Source: an uncultured Verrucomicrobia subdivision 3 bacterium (lineage in GTDB: Bacteria > Verrucomicrobiota > Verrucomicrobiia > Limisphaerales > UBA11358). From it: a stretch of 64,000 nt of DNA. The translations under genes and the position numbers were made by a program. This document shows, piece by piece, positions 9,346 through 20,177 of this stretch. The notes below the pieces were generated by a model. It was not told the origin of the DNA and made no database searches. It worked only from the letters and a program-made list of their open reading frames with translations. Position 1 is the stretch's first letter, and every line of letters starts with the position of its first letter. The stretch lies in assembly GCA_903827955.1 (NCBI GenBank), contig CAIKKJ010000075.1:5147-69146 (forward strand). The letters run 5' to 3'.

Positions 9346-10152
9346 ATGCTGTTCAAACACGCCCATGCGGGGAAAGTCGCGCTTTTATTTCTGCTGTCCC
9401 TTGCCGCGGCGCTGGCTGGCCGGGCGACGGATAACAACACCTTTATCGAGCAGGCGGAAAAAGAATTTCAGCGCGCACAAAAAAGTTTTCAAACCGACCC
9501 GCAAAACTCCACAAACTCCTGGCGATTCGCGTCGGCCTGCTTTGACCGGGCCGACCTCGCCACGAATGACGCGCGCCGCGCAGAATCTGCCCGGCTCGGC
9601 ATTGCCGCGTGCCAGCAATTACTCGCCCGCGAGCCGAAGTCCGCGCCGGGACATTATTATCTGGCGATGAATTTCGGCCAGCTCGCCGAGGCCGAGGCCC
9701 CGTCCATCGCCGCCTACAAGCTGGTGCACGAGGTTGAACACGAATTCAAAGCAGCGGCGGCAGTCGATGAACACTTTGATTTCGCTGGCCCGCCGCGATG
9801 CCTTGGCCTGCTTTACCGCGATGCGCCCGGCTGGCCCATCAGCATCGGCAGCAAACGCAAGGCGAAAGATTTTTTAGAACAAGCCGCCCGGCTCGCGCCG
9901 GATTATCCCGAAAACCAGCTGAACCTCGCCGAATCATATTTGAACTGGCGACAGCGCGAGGAAGCCGAAAAGGCCTTGGCCAAACTCGACGCTCTCTGGC
10001 CAGCCGCGCAGACAAACCTCGGCGGCGAACTGTGGGGGAAAAGCTGGCACGATTGGTCGGTGCGCCGGGCGGCGGCGAAGACAGAATTTCAAAAAGTCTT
10101 CAAGCACGCACCCGGACACAGCAATTTAACTGGTGCAAAATTGAATGGATGA
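9346..10152 (+). CDS. Exported TPR-like helical repeat protein (TatT-like)
   Basis: Signal peptide; GHYYLAMNFG, GPPRCLGLLY..APGWP.S.G and A..L.P.YPEN TPR-like helices. Confidence 0.65.
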   Translation: MLFKHAHAGKVALLFLLSLAAALAGRATDNNTFIEQAEKEFQRAQKSFQTDPQNSTNSWRFASACFDRADLATNDARRAESARLGIAACQQLLAREPKSAPGHYYLAMNFGQLAEAEAPSIAAYKLVHEVEHEFKAAAAVDEHFDFAGPPRCLGLLYRDAPGWPISIGSKRKAKDFLEQAARLAPDYPENQLNLAESYLNWRQREEAEKALAKLDALWPAAQTNLGGELWGKSWHDWSVRRAAAKTEFQKVFKHAPGHSNLTGAKLNG

Positions 10153-10186
10153 ACTAGACTGCCGCTCAAAGCTCGGTAAACCAGCC

Positions 10187-10771
10187 ATGGCAAAAAAACT
10201 CATCGCAGCATTGACTCACTCGACGGTGCTCCTGCGCGAGTGGGTAGCCAATCCACAAGGCACCGGTTCCATCGCGCCCAGTTCCCCGCAGCTCGGCGCC
10301 GCGATGGCACGCTGGCTGCCACGCAACCCCGACAGCTACGTGCTCGAGCTTGGCCCCGGCACCGGCGCGGTCACGGATGCGCTGCTCAAATACGGCCTGC
10401 GCGAAGACCGACTCATTGCCATTGAATTTAACCCCAACCTCGCCAAATTGCTGCGCAAAAGATTTAGGCACGCCCACATCATCACCGGCGACGCGTGGGA
10501 ACTCGACACCCTGCTCGCCGAATTGCCGTTGCCGGTGGAGTCCGTCGGCGCGGTGATTTCCAGCCTGCCGCTGCTGAATTTTCCCAAGGAAAAAGCCGAT
10601 GAACTCGCGCAAAAAATCCGTTCCATCCTCGAACCACGCGGCCGCTGGGTGCAATACAGCTACCAGATCGTGAAAGATCGCGCGCGGGGCGGTGAAGATT
10701 TCCGGCTGCTTGCCTCGAAGATTGTCTGGCTGAATTTTCCGCCCGCCCGCGTCAGCGTTTTTCAGAAATAG
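10187..10771 (+). CDS. Phospholipid N-methyltransferase PmtA-like class I SAM methyltransferase
   Basis: GSIAPSS, VLELGPGTG, ISSLPL and WLNFPPARV motifs. Confidence 0.8.
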   Translation: MAKKLIAALTHSTVLLREWVANPQGTGSIAPSSPQLGAAMARWLPRNPDSYVLELGPGTGAVTDALLKYGLREDRLIAIEFNPNLAKLLRKRFRHAHIITGDAWELDTLLAELPLPVESVGAVISSLPLLNFPKEKADELAQKIRSILEPRGRWVQYSYQIVKDRARGGEDFRLLASKIVWLNFPPARVSVFQK

Positions 10772-10774
10772 TTT

Positions 10775-12124
10775 TCAGCCGAAAACCATTTTGCAGACCG
10801 TCACCGCCACGACCACGCTGACAAAATCCGCAGTCAATCCCGCCAGCAGCGCGTGCCGTGTGCGCTTGATGGCCACCGAGCCGAAATAAACCGCCAGCAC
10901 ATAAAACGTCGTCTCCGTGCTGCCGTAAATCGTTCCCGCCGTCCGCGCAATCAAACTGTCCGGCCCGAATTGCTTCACCAGCTCCGTGAAAAATCCCAGC
11001 GAGCCACTGCCGCTCAACGGCCGCACCAAAACCATCGGCAGCAAATCCGTCGGGAAGCCGAGCTGATTCAGCACCGGCGACAGCGCGCGACTCAACATAT
11101 CAATCCCGCCCGCCGCGCGGAACATTCCCACCGCGACGAGCATCGCCACGAGATACGGGATGATGCGGATGGCCACATCAAAACCTTCCTTCGCGCCATC
11201 CACGAATTCTTCATAGACCTTCACCCGCCGCAACATGGCGAACAGCGGAATGGCCGAGAGCAGAAACGGAATCGAAAGCAGCGACACCGCGCCGACGATG
11301 CGGATGAAAAGATTTTTTTTCGTTTCCTCTTCTGAAACCGGTAGCCCGAACGTTTCCGGAAAAACCATCCGCAAAAAGAAAAACGCAAAACACAGCAAGA
11401 ACGCGGCAAAAATAAAATTCCCCCACCACTGCATCGGCTGAAGCGTCACGGCTTCCTTCACCGTCGGCTTGTCACTTTCAGCCCTCCCGCCTTCCGCTTT
11501 GGCAATTTCCGGTTTCAGGTTTCCAATTTCAGCCTTCACCGCAAACATCGGCAACTTGCTCAAAAATTTTGCCATCAGCACGCCGCTGACCGCTGCGCAC
11601 GCGGTGCAGATGATACTCGTGCCAACGATGGCTGTGGGGTTCGTGGATTTGTTCGCCGCGAGAATCGCGATGGCCGTGACGGGAATGAGCTGGATGCCGC
11701 TGGTGTTGATCGCGAGGAAGGTGCACATCGCATTGGTCGCCGTGCCGGGAGTTTTGTTGAGCGATTCCAGATCCTTCATCGCACGCAGGCCGAGCGGCGT
11801 GGCGGCGTTGCCGAGACCGAGCATGTTCGCGGCGATGTTCATGAGCATGGAACCCATCGCGGGATGTTCCGGCGGCACTTCGGGGAAAATGCGTTTCATC
11901 AGCGGACGCAACGCCCGCGCGAGCAGCGCGACCAGTCCAGCGCGTTCCGCCAGACGCATGATGCCAAGCCACAACGCCATCACGCCGATAAGCGCGAAGG
12001 CGATGCCGACGACAGCGGTGTTCACCATCTCCAGCGCCTTGTCGGCGACCTCCTTGAGCTGGCCGTTCCAGCCGCCGATGAGCACGGCGCACAACATCAG
12101 CCCCAGCCAGATGTAATTCAGCAT
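10775..12124 (-). CDS. Fused SpmA/SpmB nucleoside-recognition (Gate) membrane protein
   Basis: ANMLGLGNAATPLGL, FVDGAKEG, RPLSGSG and GSTETTFYVLAVYFG motifs. Confidence 0.85.
   Translation of the reverse strand: MLNYIWLGLMLCAVLIGGWNGQLKEVADKALEMVNTAVVGIAFALIGVMALWLGIMRLAERAGLVALLARALRPLMKRIFPEVPPEHPAMGSMLMNIAANMLGLGNAATPLGLRAMKDLESLNKTPGTATNAMCTFLAINTSGIQLIPVTAIAILAANKSTNPTAIVGTSIICTACAAVSGVLMAKFLSKLPMFAVKAEIGNLKPEIAKAEGGRAESDKPTVKEAVTLQPMQWWGNFIFAAFLLCFAFFFLRMVFPETFGLPVSEEETKKNLFIRIVGAVSLLSIPFLLSAIPLFAMLRRVKVYEEFVDGAKEGFDVAIRIIPYLVAMLVAVGMFRAAGGIDMLSRALSPVLNQLGFPTDLLPMVLVRPLSGSGSLGFFTELVKQFGPDSLIARTAGTIYGSTETTFYVLAVYFGSVAIKRTRHALLAGLTADFVSVVVAVTVCKMVFG
11476..11538 (-). repeat. Degenerate 7-bp-period tract in the SpmA/SpmB linker
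   Basis: Minus strand tgaaggc tgaaatt ggaaacc tgaaacc ggaaatt ..., read as KAEIGNLKPEIAKAEGGRAE. Confidence 0.55.
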
Positions 12125-12182
12125 GACGCAACGCTACACAAGCCGCCAAAAAAATGCGCGCGGAAAATTCAGGCGGGTTTCA

Positions 12183-12230
12183 ATTTAGAATTATTCTAAA
12201 TCTTGACCGATCATTCACGCTGTGTAAATT
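12183..12230 (+). promoter_or_regulatory. Fur/PerR-type operator next to a sigma70-like promoter
   Basis: Perfect 9-1-9 palindrome ATTTAGAAT-T-ATTCTAAAT (12183-12201), then TTGACC-N16-TAAATT, upstream of a Fur-family gene. Confidence 0.8.
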
Positions 12231-12241
12231 GTCTGTCGGCA

Positions 12242-12670
12242 ATGAAACCGCGCAGCCAGCAACCAGACGACCAGCACCTGACCGAACAGTTGGGCGCCAC
12301 CGGGCTGCGCCTCACGCCGCAACGCCAGCAGGTCTATGATGTGCTGCGGCACAAGCGCGATCATCCCACGGCGGAAGAGGTTTTTATCCGCGCCAAGAAG
12401 TCGATGCCGGAAATTTCCCACGCCACCGTTTACAACTGCCTTGACGCGCTCGTGAAGTCCGGCCTTGCGCGGCAGGTCACGCTGGATCGCGGCGCGACGC
12501 GCTATTGCCCGAACATGCACGAGCACGGCCATTTTCATTGCGATGTGTGCGCGACGGTATTTGATGTGGATTTGCCGGAACAGGCGATGAAGCTGCCCAA
12601 AGGTTTCAAGGCCGATCATTTTGACATCGCCATTCACGGCGTTTGCGCGGATTGCGCGAAGAAAAAATAA
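12242..12670 (+). CDS. Fur-family (PerR-like) transcriptional regulator
   Basis: RLTPQR, HPTAEE, ATVYNCL, H.HFHC..C and C-terminal C..C. Confidence 0.9.
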   Translation: MKPRSQQPDDQHLTEQLGATGLRLTPQRQQVYDVLRHKRDHPTAEEVFIRAKKSMPEISHATVYNCLDALVKSGLARQVTLDRGATRYCPNMHEHGHFHCDVCATVFDVDLPEQAMKLPKGFKADHFDIAIHGVCADCAKKK

Positions 12671-12676
12671 ATTACG

Positions 12677-14125
12677 ATGAGCACTGCTACCGAGACAATT
12701 GAGGAATTGGTCAAGACGGAATACAAATACGGCTTCGTCACCGATGTCGAGACCGAATCCACGCCGCCGGGCTTGAGCGAGGAGACCATCCGCCACATTT
12801 CCGCCAAAAAAAACGAGCCAGCGTGGCTGACCGACTGGCGTATCAAGGCTTATCAATACTGGCTGAAAATGCCGGAGCCGACGTGGCAGTTCGTTAAGTA
12901 TCCGAAGATTGATTTCCAAGCCATCAGCTATTTCTCGCAACCAAAGCCGAACGCAAATGCGCCCAAGAGCCTCGACGAAGTGGATCCCAAGTTGCTGGAG
13001 ACTTACGAGAAGCTCGGCATTCCGTTGCGCGAACGCAGCCGGCTCGCCGGCGTGGCGGTGGACGCGATTTTTGATTCCGTCAGCGTCGGCACGACGTATC
13101 GCGAAGATTTGGCGAAGAAAGGAATTATCTTTTGCTCGTTCAGCGAAGCGGTGCACGAACATCCAGAACTCGTCAAAAAATATCTCGGATCGGTCGTGCC
13201 TTACACGGACAACTATTACGCCGCGCTGAATTCCGCCGTGTTCACAGACGGTTCGTTCTGCTACATCCCGAAAGGCGTGCGCTGCCCGATGGAGCTTTCG
13301 ACGTATTTCCGCATCAACGCCGCCAAGTCCGGCCAGTTCGAGCGGACGCTGATTGTCGCGGACGAATCGGCGAGCGTGAGCTATCTTGAAGGCTGCACCG
13401 CGCCGATGCGCGATGAAAATCAGTTGCACGCCGCCGTGGTAGAACTCGTCGCGCTCGACTGCGCGGAAATCAAATACAGCACGGTGCAGAACTGGTATCC
13501 CGGCGACGAAAACGGCGTGGGCGGCATCTACAATTTCGTGACCAAGCGCGGTCTGTGCAAAGGCAAAAATTCGCGCATCACTTGGACGCAAGTCGAGACC
13601 GGTTCGGCGATCACCTGGAAATATCCTAGCTGCATTTTGCTAGGCGATGGCTCGAAGGGAGAATTTTATTCCGTCGCCGTGGTGAACAACATGCAGCAAG
13701 CCGACACCGGCACGAAGATGATCCACATCGGCAAGAACACGAAAAGCACCATTGTTTCCAAGGGTATTTCTGCTGGTCGCGGCCAGAACAGTTATCGCGG
13801 CCTTGTGGAAATCCGCAAGAGCGCCGAGAACGCGCGCAACTTTTCGCAGTGCGACTCGATGCTCATCGGCGCGAAGTGCGGCGCGCACACGTTTCCCTAT
13901 ATCGAAGTCAAGAACACGACGGCGAGCGTGGAGCATGAAGCCTCGACCTCGAAGATCGGCGAAGACCAGATTTTTTACTGCAACTCGCGCGGCCTCGCCA
14001 CGCAGGACGCGGTGAACATGATCGTGAACGGCTTCTGCAAAGAAGTGTTCAAGGAACTCCCGATGGAATTCGCCGTGGAAGCGCAGAAACTTCTGGGCGT
14101 GAGCTTGGAAGGCAGCGTCGGCTAG
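12677..14125 (+). CDS. sufB: Fe-S cluster assembly protein SufB
   Basis: [43 protein letters not shown] and [10 protein letters not shown] motifs. Confidence 0.97.
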   Translation: MSTATETIEELVKTEYKYGFVTDVETESTPPGLSEETIRHISAKKNEPAWLTDWRIKAYQYWLKMPEPTWQFVKYPKIDFQAISYFSQPKPNANAPKSLDEVDPKLLETYEKLGIPLRERSRLAGVAVDAIFDSVSVGTTYREDLAKKGIIFCSFSEAVHEHPELVKKYLGSVVPYTDNYYAALNSAVFTDGSFCYIPKGVRCPMELSTYFRINAAKSGQFERTLIVADESASVSYLEGCTAPMRDENQLHAAVVELVALDCAEIKYSTVQNWYPGDENGVGGIYNFVTKRGLCKGKNSRITWTQVETGSAITWKYPSCILLGDGSKGEFYSVAVVNNMQQADTGTKMIHIGKNTKSTIVSKGISAGRGQNSYRGLVEIRKSAENARNFSQCDSMLIGAKCGAHTFPYIEVKNTTASVEHEASTSKIGEDQIFYCNSRGLATQDAVNMIVNGFCKEVFKELPMEFAVEAQKLLGVSLEGSVG

Positions 14126-14184
14126 ACACAGATTTCACGAATTAACACGAATTTGATTAGTGAAAATTCGTGCGATTCGTGTCT
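14124..14184. repeat. Imperfect palindrome built of ~9-bp units (cacgaat) between sufB and sufC
   Basis: gacacagat ttcacgaat taacacgaat / attagtgaaa attcgtgcg attcgtgtc. Confidence 0.75.
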
Positions 14185-14202
14185 GAATAATTTTTTAGAA
14201 AA

Positions 14203-14964
14203 ATGAGCAAGCAACCTATTCTTGAAATCAAAAATCTTCACGCGGGCGTGGAGAATAAACAAATCCTCAAAGGCTTCAGCCTGACGATCAATGCGGGCGA
14301 AGTCCACGCGTTGATGGGCCTGAACGGCAGCGGCAAGAGCACGCTCGCTGCGATTCTCGCTGGCCGCGATGGCTACGAAGTGACTGAGGGCACGGTGAAT
14401 TATCTCGGCAAAGATTTGCTGGAACTTGATCCCGAAGAGCGCGCCCGCGAAGGCGTGTTTCTCGCATTCCAGTATCCGGTGGAAATCCCCGGTGTGAACA
14501 GCACCTACTTTTTGAAGGCTGCGCTGAACGAAATCCGCAAGCACCACGGCTTGCAGGAACTCGACGCGATTGAATTTCTCGCGCTCGTGAAGGACAAAAT
14601 TAAGCTGCTCGACCTCAACGAGGATTTGCTCAAGCGCTCCGTCAACGAAGGCTTTTCCGGCGGCGAAAAAAAGCGCGCGGAAATTTTCCAGATGGCCGTG
14701 CTCGAACCGAAGCTGGCGATTCTCGACGAGACGGATTCCGGTTTGGACATTGACGCGTTGAAAATTGTTTCCAGCGGCGTGAACAAATTGCGTCGCCCGG
14801 ATTCCTGCCAGCTTGTTATCACGCATTATCAGCGACTGCTGAATCACATCATTCCCGATGTCGTTCACGTTATGGCCGATGGCCGCATCGTGAAATCCGG
14901 CGGCAAGGAACTTGCGTTCGAGCTGGAGGCCAATGGTTACGATGGCATCTTGAAAAATCTTTGA
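14203..14964 (+). CDS. sufC: Fe-S cluster assembly ATPase SufC
   Basis: GLNGSGKST, FLAFQYPVEIPGV, GFSGGEKKR, LDETDSGLDIDAL, THYQR. Confidence 0.97.
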   Translation: MSKQPILEIKNLHAGVENKQILKGFSLTINAGEVHALMGLNGSGKSTLAAILAGRDGYEVTEGTVNYLGKDLLELDPEERAREGVFLAFQYPVEIPGVNSTYFLKAALNEIRKHHGLQELDAIEFLALVKDKIKLLDLNEDLLKRSVNEGFSGGEKKRAEIFQMAVLEPKLAILDETDSGLDIDALKIVSSGVNKLRRPDSCQLVITHYQRLLNHIIPDVVHVMADGRIVKSGGKELAFELEANGYDGILKNL

Positions 14965-14977
14965 TTAAGCTGCGCGC

Positions 14978-15466
14978 ATGAAATTAGACGAAGCCCAGCG
15001 GCAAGCGGTCAGCAAATGGATAGCTGAAGGCGCAAAACTTTCGGAAATCCAAAACCGTCTCGCCGCCGAATTCGGCATCAAGCTCACCTACATGGAAGCG
15101 CGCTTCCTCGTAGATGATTTGAAGCTCACGCCGAAAGATCCGGAGCCGCCGAAAGTAGTCGCGCCGCCCGAACCCGCAAAGCCGCTCGCGACCAAGCCGG
15201 TTCCCGCTGGCGAAACGCCCGTCGCCGATGAAGTCCTGCCGCCCCTCGGCGGCAACGTTTCGGTGAGCGTGGATCAAATCACCCGCCCCGGCGCGGTCAT
15301 CAGCGGCAAAGTGAATTTCAGCGACGGCCAAATCGCCGATTGGTATCTCGATCAAACCGGACGCCTCGGCGTCGTGCCGAAAGTGGCGGGCTACAAGCCT
15401 TCCGCCGAAGACGTCAAAGAATTCCAACTCGCGTTGCAGCAGGAAGTGGCGAAGCTCGGCTACTGA
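14978..15466 (+). CDS. Conserved hypothetical protein
   Basis: Host-like codon usage; 13 nt after sufC; two domains joined by a Pro-rich linker. Confidence 0.7.
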   Translation: MKLDEAQRQAVSKWIAEGAKLSEIQNRLAAEFGIKLTYMEARFLVDDLKLTPKDPEPPKVVAPPEPAKPLATKPVPAGETPVADEVLPPLGGNVSVSVDQITRPGAVISGKVNFSDGQIADWYLDQTGRLGVVPKVAGYKPSAEDVKEFQLALQQEVAKLGY

Positions 15467-15558
15467 GGCAGTTTTTAGTTTTAAGTTTTTAATGTTTAGT
15501 TGGAACGCAAACCTTGCGCTCAACTAAAAACTGAAAATTAAAAATTCAAAACTCCCTC
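15465..15558. repeat. Long imperfect hairpin with 7-bp-period arms
   Basis: gaggc agttttt agtttta agttttt aatgttt agttg ... caact aaaaact gaaaatt aaaaatt caaaact ccctc. Confidence 0.8.
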
Positions 15559-15581
15559 CAGACTTGGCACATTGATGCCCA

Positions 15582-16754
15582 ATGCGTGAAAAATTCCGTG
15601 ACTGGGCAGAATTCATCGAAACGTTCTTCATCGAAGTCGTCTTCGAAGAACGCCATGATTGGAAAGCCAAACTCACGCGCGCCATTCTTTTCGGCACTTC
15701 AAAGTTTTACCTCGTCGCCGTCAAAATCCATCGCGGCCTCATCAACTACCGCATCCTGCGCGACAAAACGCTCGGCGTGCAAGTCATCGCCATCGGCAAC
15801 CTCACCGTCGGCGGCACGGGCAAGACGCCCGTCGTAGAAAAATTCGCGCGCGAACTTCAGAACGCCGGCCGCAAGGTTGCCATTCTCTCACGCGGTTACC
15901 GTTCGCGCCCCGCGCCGCTGCACCGGCGCATCGTGAACAAAATTCTTTTGCGCGACGACCAGACGCCGCCGCGCGTGGTGTCGGACGGAAAATCTCTTTT
16001 GCTCGATTCCGAAATGGCGGGCGACGAGCCTTACATGCTCGCGTCAAATCTCAAAGACGTCATCGTGCTGGTGGACAAAGACCGCGTGAAGAGTGGACGT
16101 TACGCGATTGAAAAATTCGGCTGCGACACACTGCTGCTCGACGACGGTTTTCAATACTGGCGGCTGCGCGGCCGCCGGCACGACGTGGTGCTGATTGACC
16201 GCCAGCAGCCGTTCGGCAACGAGCATTTGTTTCCGCGCGGCACCTTGCGCGAACCGCATTCGCATCTGGCGCGGGCGCACACCATTTTTATTACCAAGAG
16301 CGACGGCAAAACGGCCGAGCTGCGCCAGCGCATTGCGAAATTAAATTCCACCGCCGCCGTCATCGAGTGCGTGCATCAGCCGCTTTATTTTGAGGACGTG
16401 TTCACCGGCGAACGCAAGGGGTTGGAACTGCTCGCGGGAAAAAAAGTTGCGTCGTTGAGCGGCATCGCGCAGCCGGAAAGTTTTGAGCAAAGCCTCGTCC
16501 GGCTAGGCGGTGAATTGGTTTATGCCAAACGTTTCGCCGATCATCACCGCTTCACGCAGCAGGAAATCCTGAACACCATCAACCGCGCGAAGAAACGCCA
16601 GGCCCACATCATTCTCACCACGCAAAAAGACGCCGTGCGCTTCCCCAAAATTGACCGGCGCGACTTGCCATTTTATTTCATGCGCGTTGAAATCAAGATT
16701 GTGGACGGCGCGGACGACTTTCAGGATTGCGTGGGTAAAATCTGTTTTCGTTGA
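15582..16754 (+). CDS. lpxK: Tetraacyldisaccharide 4'-kinase
   Basis: [43 protein letters not shown]. Confidence 0.95.
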   Translation: MREKFRDWAEFIETFFIEVVFEERHDWKAKLTRAILFGTSKFYLVAVKIHRGLINYRILRDKTLGVQVIAIGNLTVGGTGKTPVVEKFARELQNAGRKVAILSRGYRSRPAPLHRRIVNKILLRDDQTPPRVVSDGKSLLLDSEMAGDEPYMLASNLKDVIVLVDKDRVKSGRYAIEKFGCDTLLLDDGFQYWRLRGRRHDVVLIDRQQPFGNEHLFPRGTLREPHSHLARAHTIFITKSDGKTAELRQRIAKLNSTAAVIECVHQPLYFEDVFTGERKGLELLAGKKVASLSGIAQPESFEQSLVRLGGELVYAKRFADHHRFTQQEILNTINRAKKRQAHIILTTQKDAVRFPKIDRRDLPFYFMRVEIKIVDGADDFQDCVGKICFR

Positions 16755-17646
16755 TGAACACGTTGCTTTATTGGCTTGGACGCGCAGTGATCGGCTGTGT
16801 GCAGGCACTGCCGCTGACCTTCGTGGCACGCGTCGGCCGTTGCCTTGGCGCGCTGGCATGGCTGGTGGACATCAAGCACCGCCGCGTGGTCGTCAAAAAT
16901 TTGAACCTTGTTTTTCACACGGAAAAATCGGCGGAAGAAATCCGCGCCATCGCCCGGGAATGTTTCCGGCGCATCGGCGAGAACATGGCTTGCAGCGTCA
17001 AAACCGCAGCCATGACCAGAGCGGAACTGCAACCGCATTTGGAACTCGTGCTGGGCGGTTTTGCGCCGGCCCCCAACGCCGATGGCACAAAGCCCAATTA
17101 CATATTTGCCGCCGGCCATTTTGGGAACTTCGAGATCTATGCCCGCACGCATGGTATTTTCCCCGACTACCAGCTCGCCACCACCTACCGAGCCATGAAA
17201 CAACCCGGCCTCAACCGGCTGGTGCAGGAAATGCGCCAACGCAGCGGCTGCCGGTTTTTTGAACGGCGCACCGAAGGCGCAGAATTGCGGGCGGCAATGA
17301 ATCAAGGCGGCCTCTTCCTCGGCCTGCTGGGCGACCAATATGCCCGCGGCCTGCGCGCCCCGTTTTTCGGCCACATTTGCGACACCGGCCTCGCCCCCGC
17401 CGTCCTGGCGTTGCGCTATGATTGCCGGCTATACACGGTAATCTGCTACCGCACCGCGCTGGCCAGTTGGCGACTGGAATTCGATGACCAAATTGCGACC
17501 CACGAAAACGGCCAGCCGCGCCGCGCCGAGGACATCATTCTCGACGTGAATCGCGCCTACGAAAAAGCTATCCGCCGCGACCCCGCCAACTGGTTCTGGG
17601 TGCACGACCGCTGGAAAGTCCGCCGCCTCCGCCGCCTCGTTCCCGA

Positions 17647-17650
<4 letters not shown>
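16754..17650 (+). CDS. Lipid A late acyltransferase (LpxL/HtrB family)
   Basis: HFGNFE, L.DQ, FFG and P..WFWVH.RWK motifs; coupled to lpxK. Confidence 0.85.
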
Positions 17651-18777
<1,127 letters not shown>

Positions 18778-18805
18778 CCTAACTTCCCGGCTGAAAAATA
18801 AATTC

Positions 18806-18844
18806 TTGACGCGCACATCTGTCTGTCCTATTGTCATATGACAG
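18806..18844 (+). promoter_or_regulatory. sigma70 promoter overlapped by a GntR/YtrA-type operator
   Basis: TTGACG-N17-TATTGT; inverted repeat CTGTCCTAT-tgtc-ATATGACAG (18823-18844) covering the -10. Confidence 0.7.
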
Positions 18845-18853
18845 TCACCGCGT

Positions 18854-19255
18854 ATGCTCCTGCAAATTGATTTCAAGTCCGGCACACCAGTCTATCTACA
18901 ACTGGTGGACCAGATCCGCCATGCCGCGGCGTCCGGCGGGCTGCGCACGGGCGAACCGCTGCCATCCATCCGCCCGCTGGCGGAGGAATTGCGCGTGAAC
19001 CGCAACACTGTGGCCAAGGCCTACGCGGAACTGGAAAGCCAGGGTGTCATCGAGACGATTCCAGGCAAGGGTTGTTTTCTCAAGGCGGTCGGTTCCCCGC
19101 TCACCAAGTCAGCGCGCAACGATCTCGTCGTGCAGGAAATTGACCGCGCCATCGTCGCCGCGCATCACTTGCAGATTGGCGATGCGGATTTGATTTCGCT
19201 GGTGAAGAAACGGCTGGAGGCGTTTGAAAAGAAGCACAAGGCCACGAACGATTGA
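18854..19255 (+). CDS. GntR family (YtrA subfamily) regulator
   Basis: PVYLQL, LPSIR.LA..L.VN.NTVAKAY..LE..G......GKG; short C-terminus; precedes an ABC exporter. Confidence 0.92.
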   Translation: MLLQIDFKSGTPVYLQLVDQIRHAAASGGLRTGEPLPSIRPLAEELRVNRNTVAKAYAELESQGVIETIPGKGCFLKAVGSPLTKSARNDLVVQEIDRAIVAAHHLQIGDADLISLVKKRLEAFEKKHKATND

Positions 19256-19271
19256 ATTTAAAAGGACACGC

Positions 19272-20177
19272 ATGAAAACGGAAAACCCAGTCATCGAAAT
19301 CCAAAACCTCGTGCGGCGCTACGGCAAACACGATGCCGTGGACGGCCTCTCGCTCACCGTGCAGCCCGGCAGATGCTATGGCTTCTTCGGCCGCAACGGC
19401 GCGGGTAAAACCACGACCATCAAGTGCCTGCTTAATTTGCTGCGGCCGGATTCCGGCAGCGTGCGCGTGTTTGGTCTCGACCCGCGCAAGGATGAAGTCG
19501 CCATCAAATCGCGCATCGCCTATGTGCCGGACGTGGTGGCGTTTTATCCGTGGATGACCGTGGCCGACACGCTGGAATACTACGCCTCCTTCCGCACCAA
19601 CTGGAATCGCGACATCGAGGCCGATTTGCTCAAACGCTTTCAGCTCGATGCCGCCAAGAAAACCACGAGTCTCTCGAAAGGCCAGCGCACACAGCTCGCG
19701 CTCATCGGCGCGATTTGTCCCGAACCGGAACTGCTCGTGCTCGATGAGCCGACGAGCGGCCTCGACCCGATTGTCCGCCGCGAATTCATCGAAACCGTCA
19801 TCGGCGCGTATCAATCCGGCGACCCCGGCAAGCGCACGGTGTTTGTTTCCACGCATTTGATTTCCGAGTTCGAGGGTTTGATTGACGAATTCACCATCGT
19901 TGAAAACGGCAAAAATCTTTTGACGATGGAAGCCGACGCCGCGCGGGATCGTTTCAAAAAAATTCGGGCCCGCTTGCCGCAAGAAACCAAACTGAACCTG
20001 TCTGCCGCATTGAGCGTGAAGCAAAGCGGACGCGACGTAGAAATTCTCGCTAACGGCAACAGCGAACAGTTGCTCGCGGAATTGAAGGCGCACAAGCCGG
20101 AGGAATTAAAAATCGAGGCGCTGACGCTGGAAGAAATCTTCGTGGCGTCGGATGTTTTGAAAAAGGCAACCACATGA
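19272..20177 (+). CDS. ABC exporter ATP-binding subunit
   Basis: GRNGAGKTT, LSKGQ, LDEPTSGLDP, STH. Confidence 0.93.
   Translation: MKTENPVIEIQNLVRRYGKHDAVDGLSLTVQPGRCYGFFGRNGAGKTTTIKCLLNLLRPDSGSVRVFGLDPRKDEVAIKSRIAYVPDVVAFYPWMTVADTLEYYASFRTNWNRDIEADLLKRFQLDAAKKTTSLSKGQRTQLALIGAICPEPELLVLDEPTSGLDPIVRREFIETVIGAYQSGDPGKRTVFVSTHLISEFEGLIDEFTIVENGKNLLTMEADAARDRFKKIRARLPQETKLNLSAALSVKQSGRDVEILANGNSEQLLAELKAHKPEELKIEALTLEEIFVASDVLKKATT

Noticed and set aside
14124-15558. Short repeats as a possible CRISPR array
   Set aside because: Units are 7-10 bp with no unique spacers, and no cas genes are present.
15565-15578. TGGCAC...TGC sigma54-like motif upstream of lpxK
   Set aside because: GG-to-GC spacing is 9 nt rather than the required 10.
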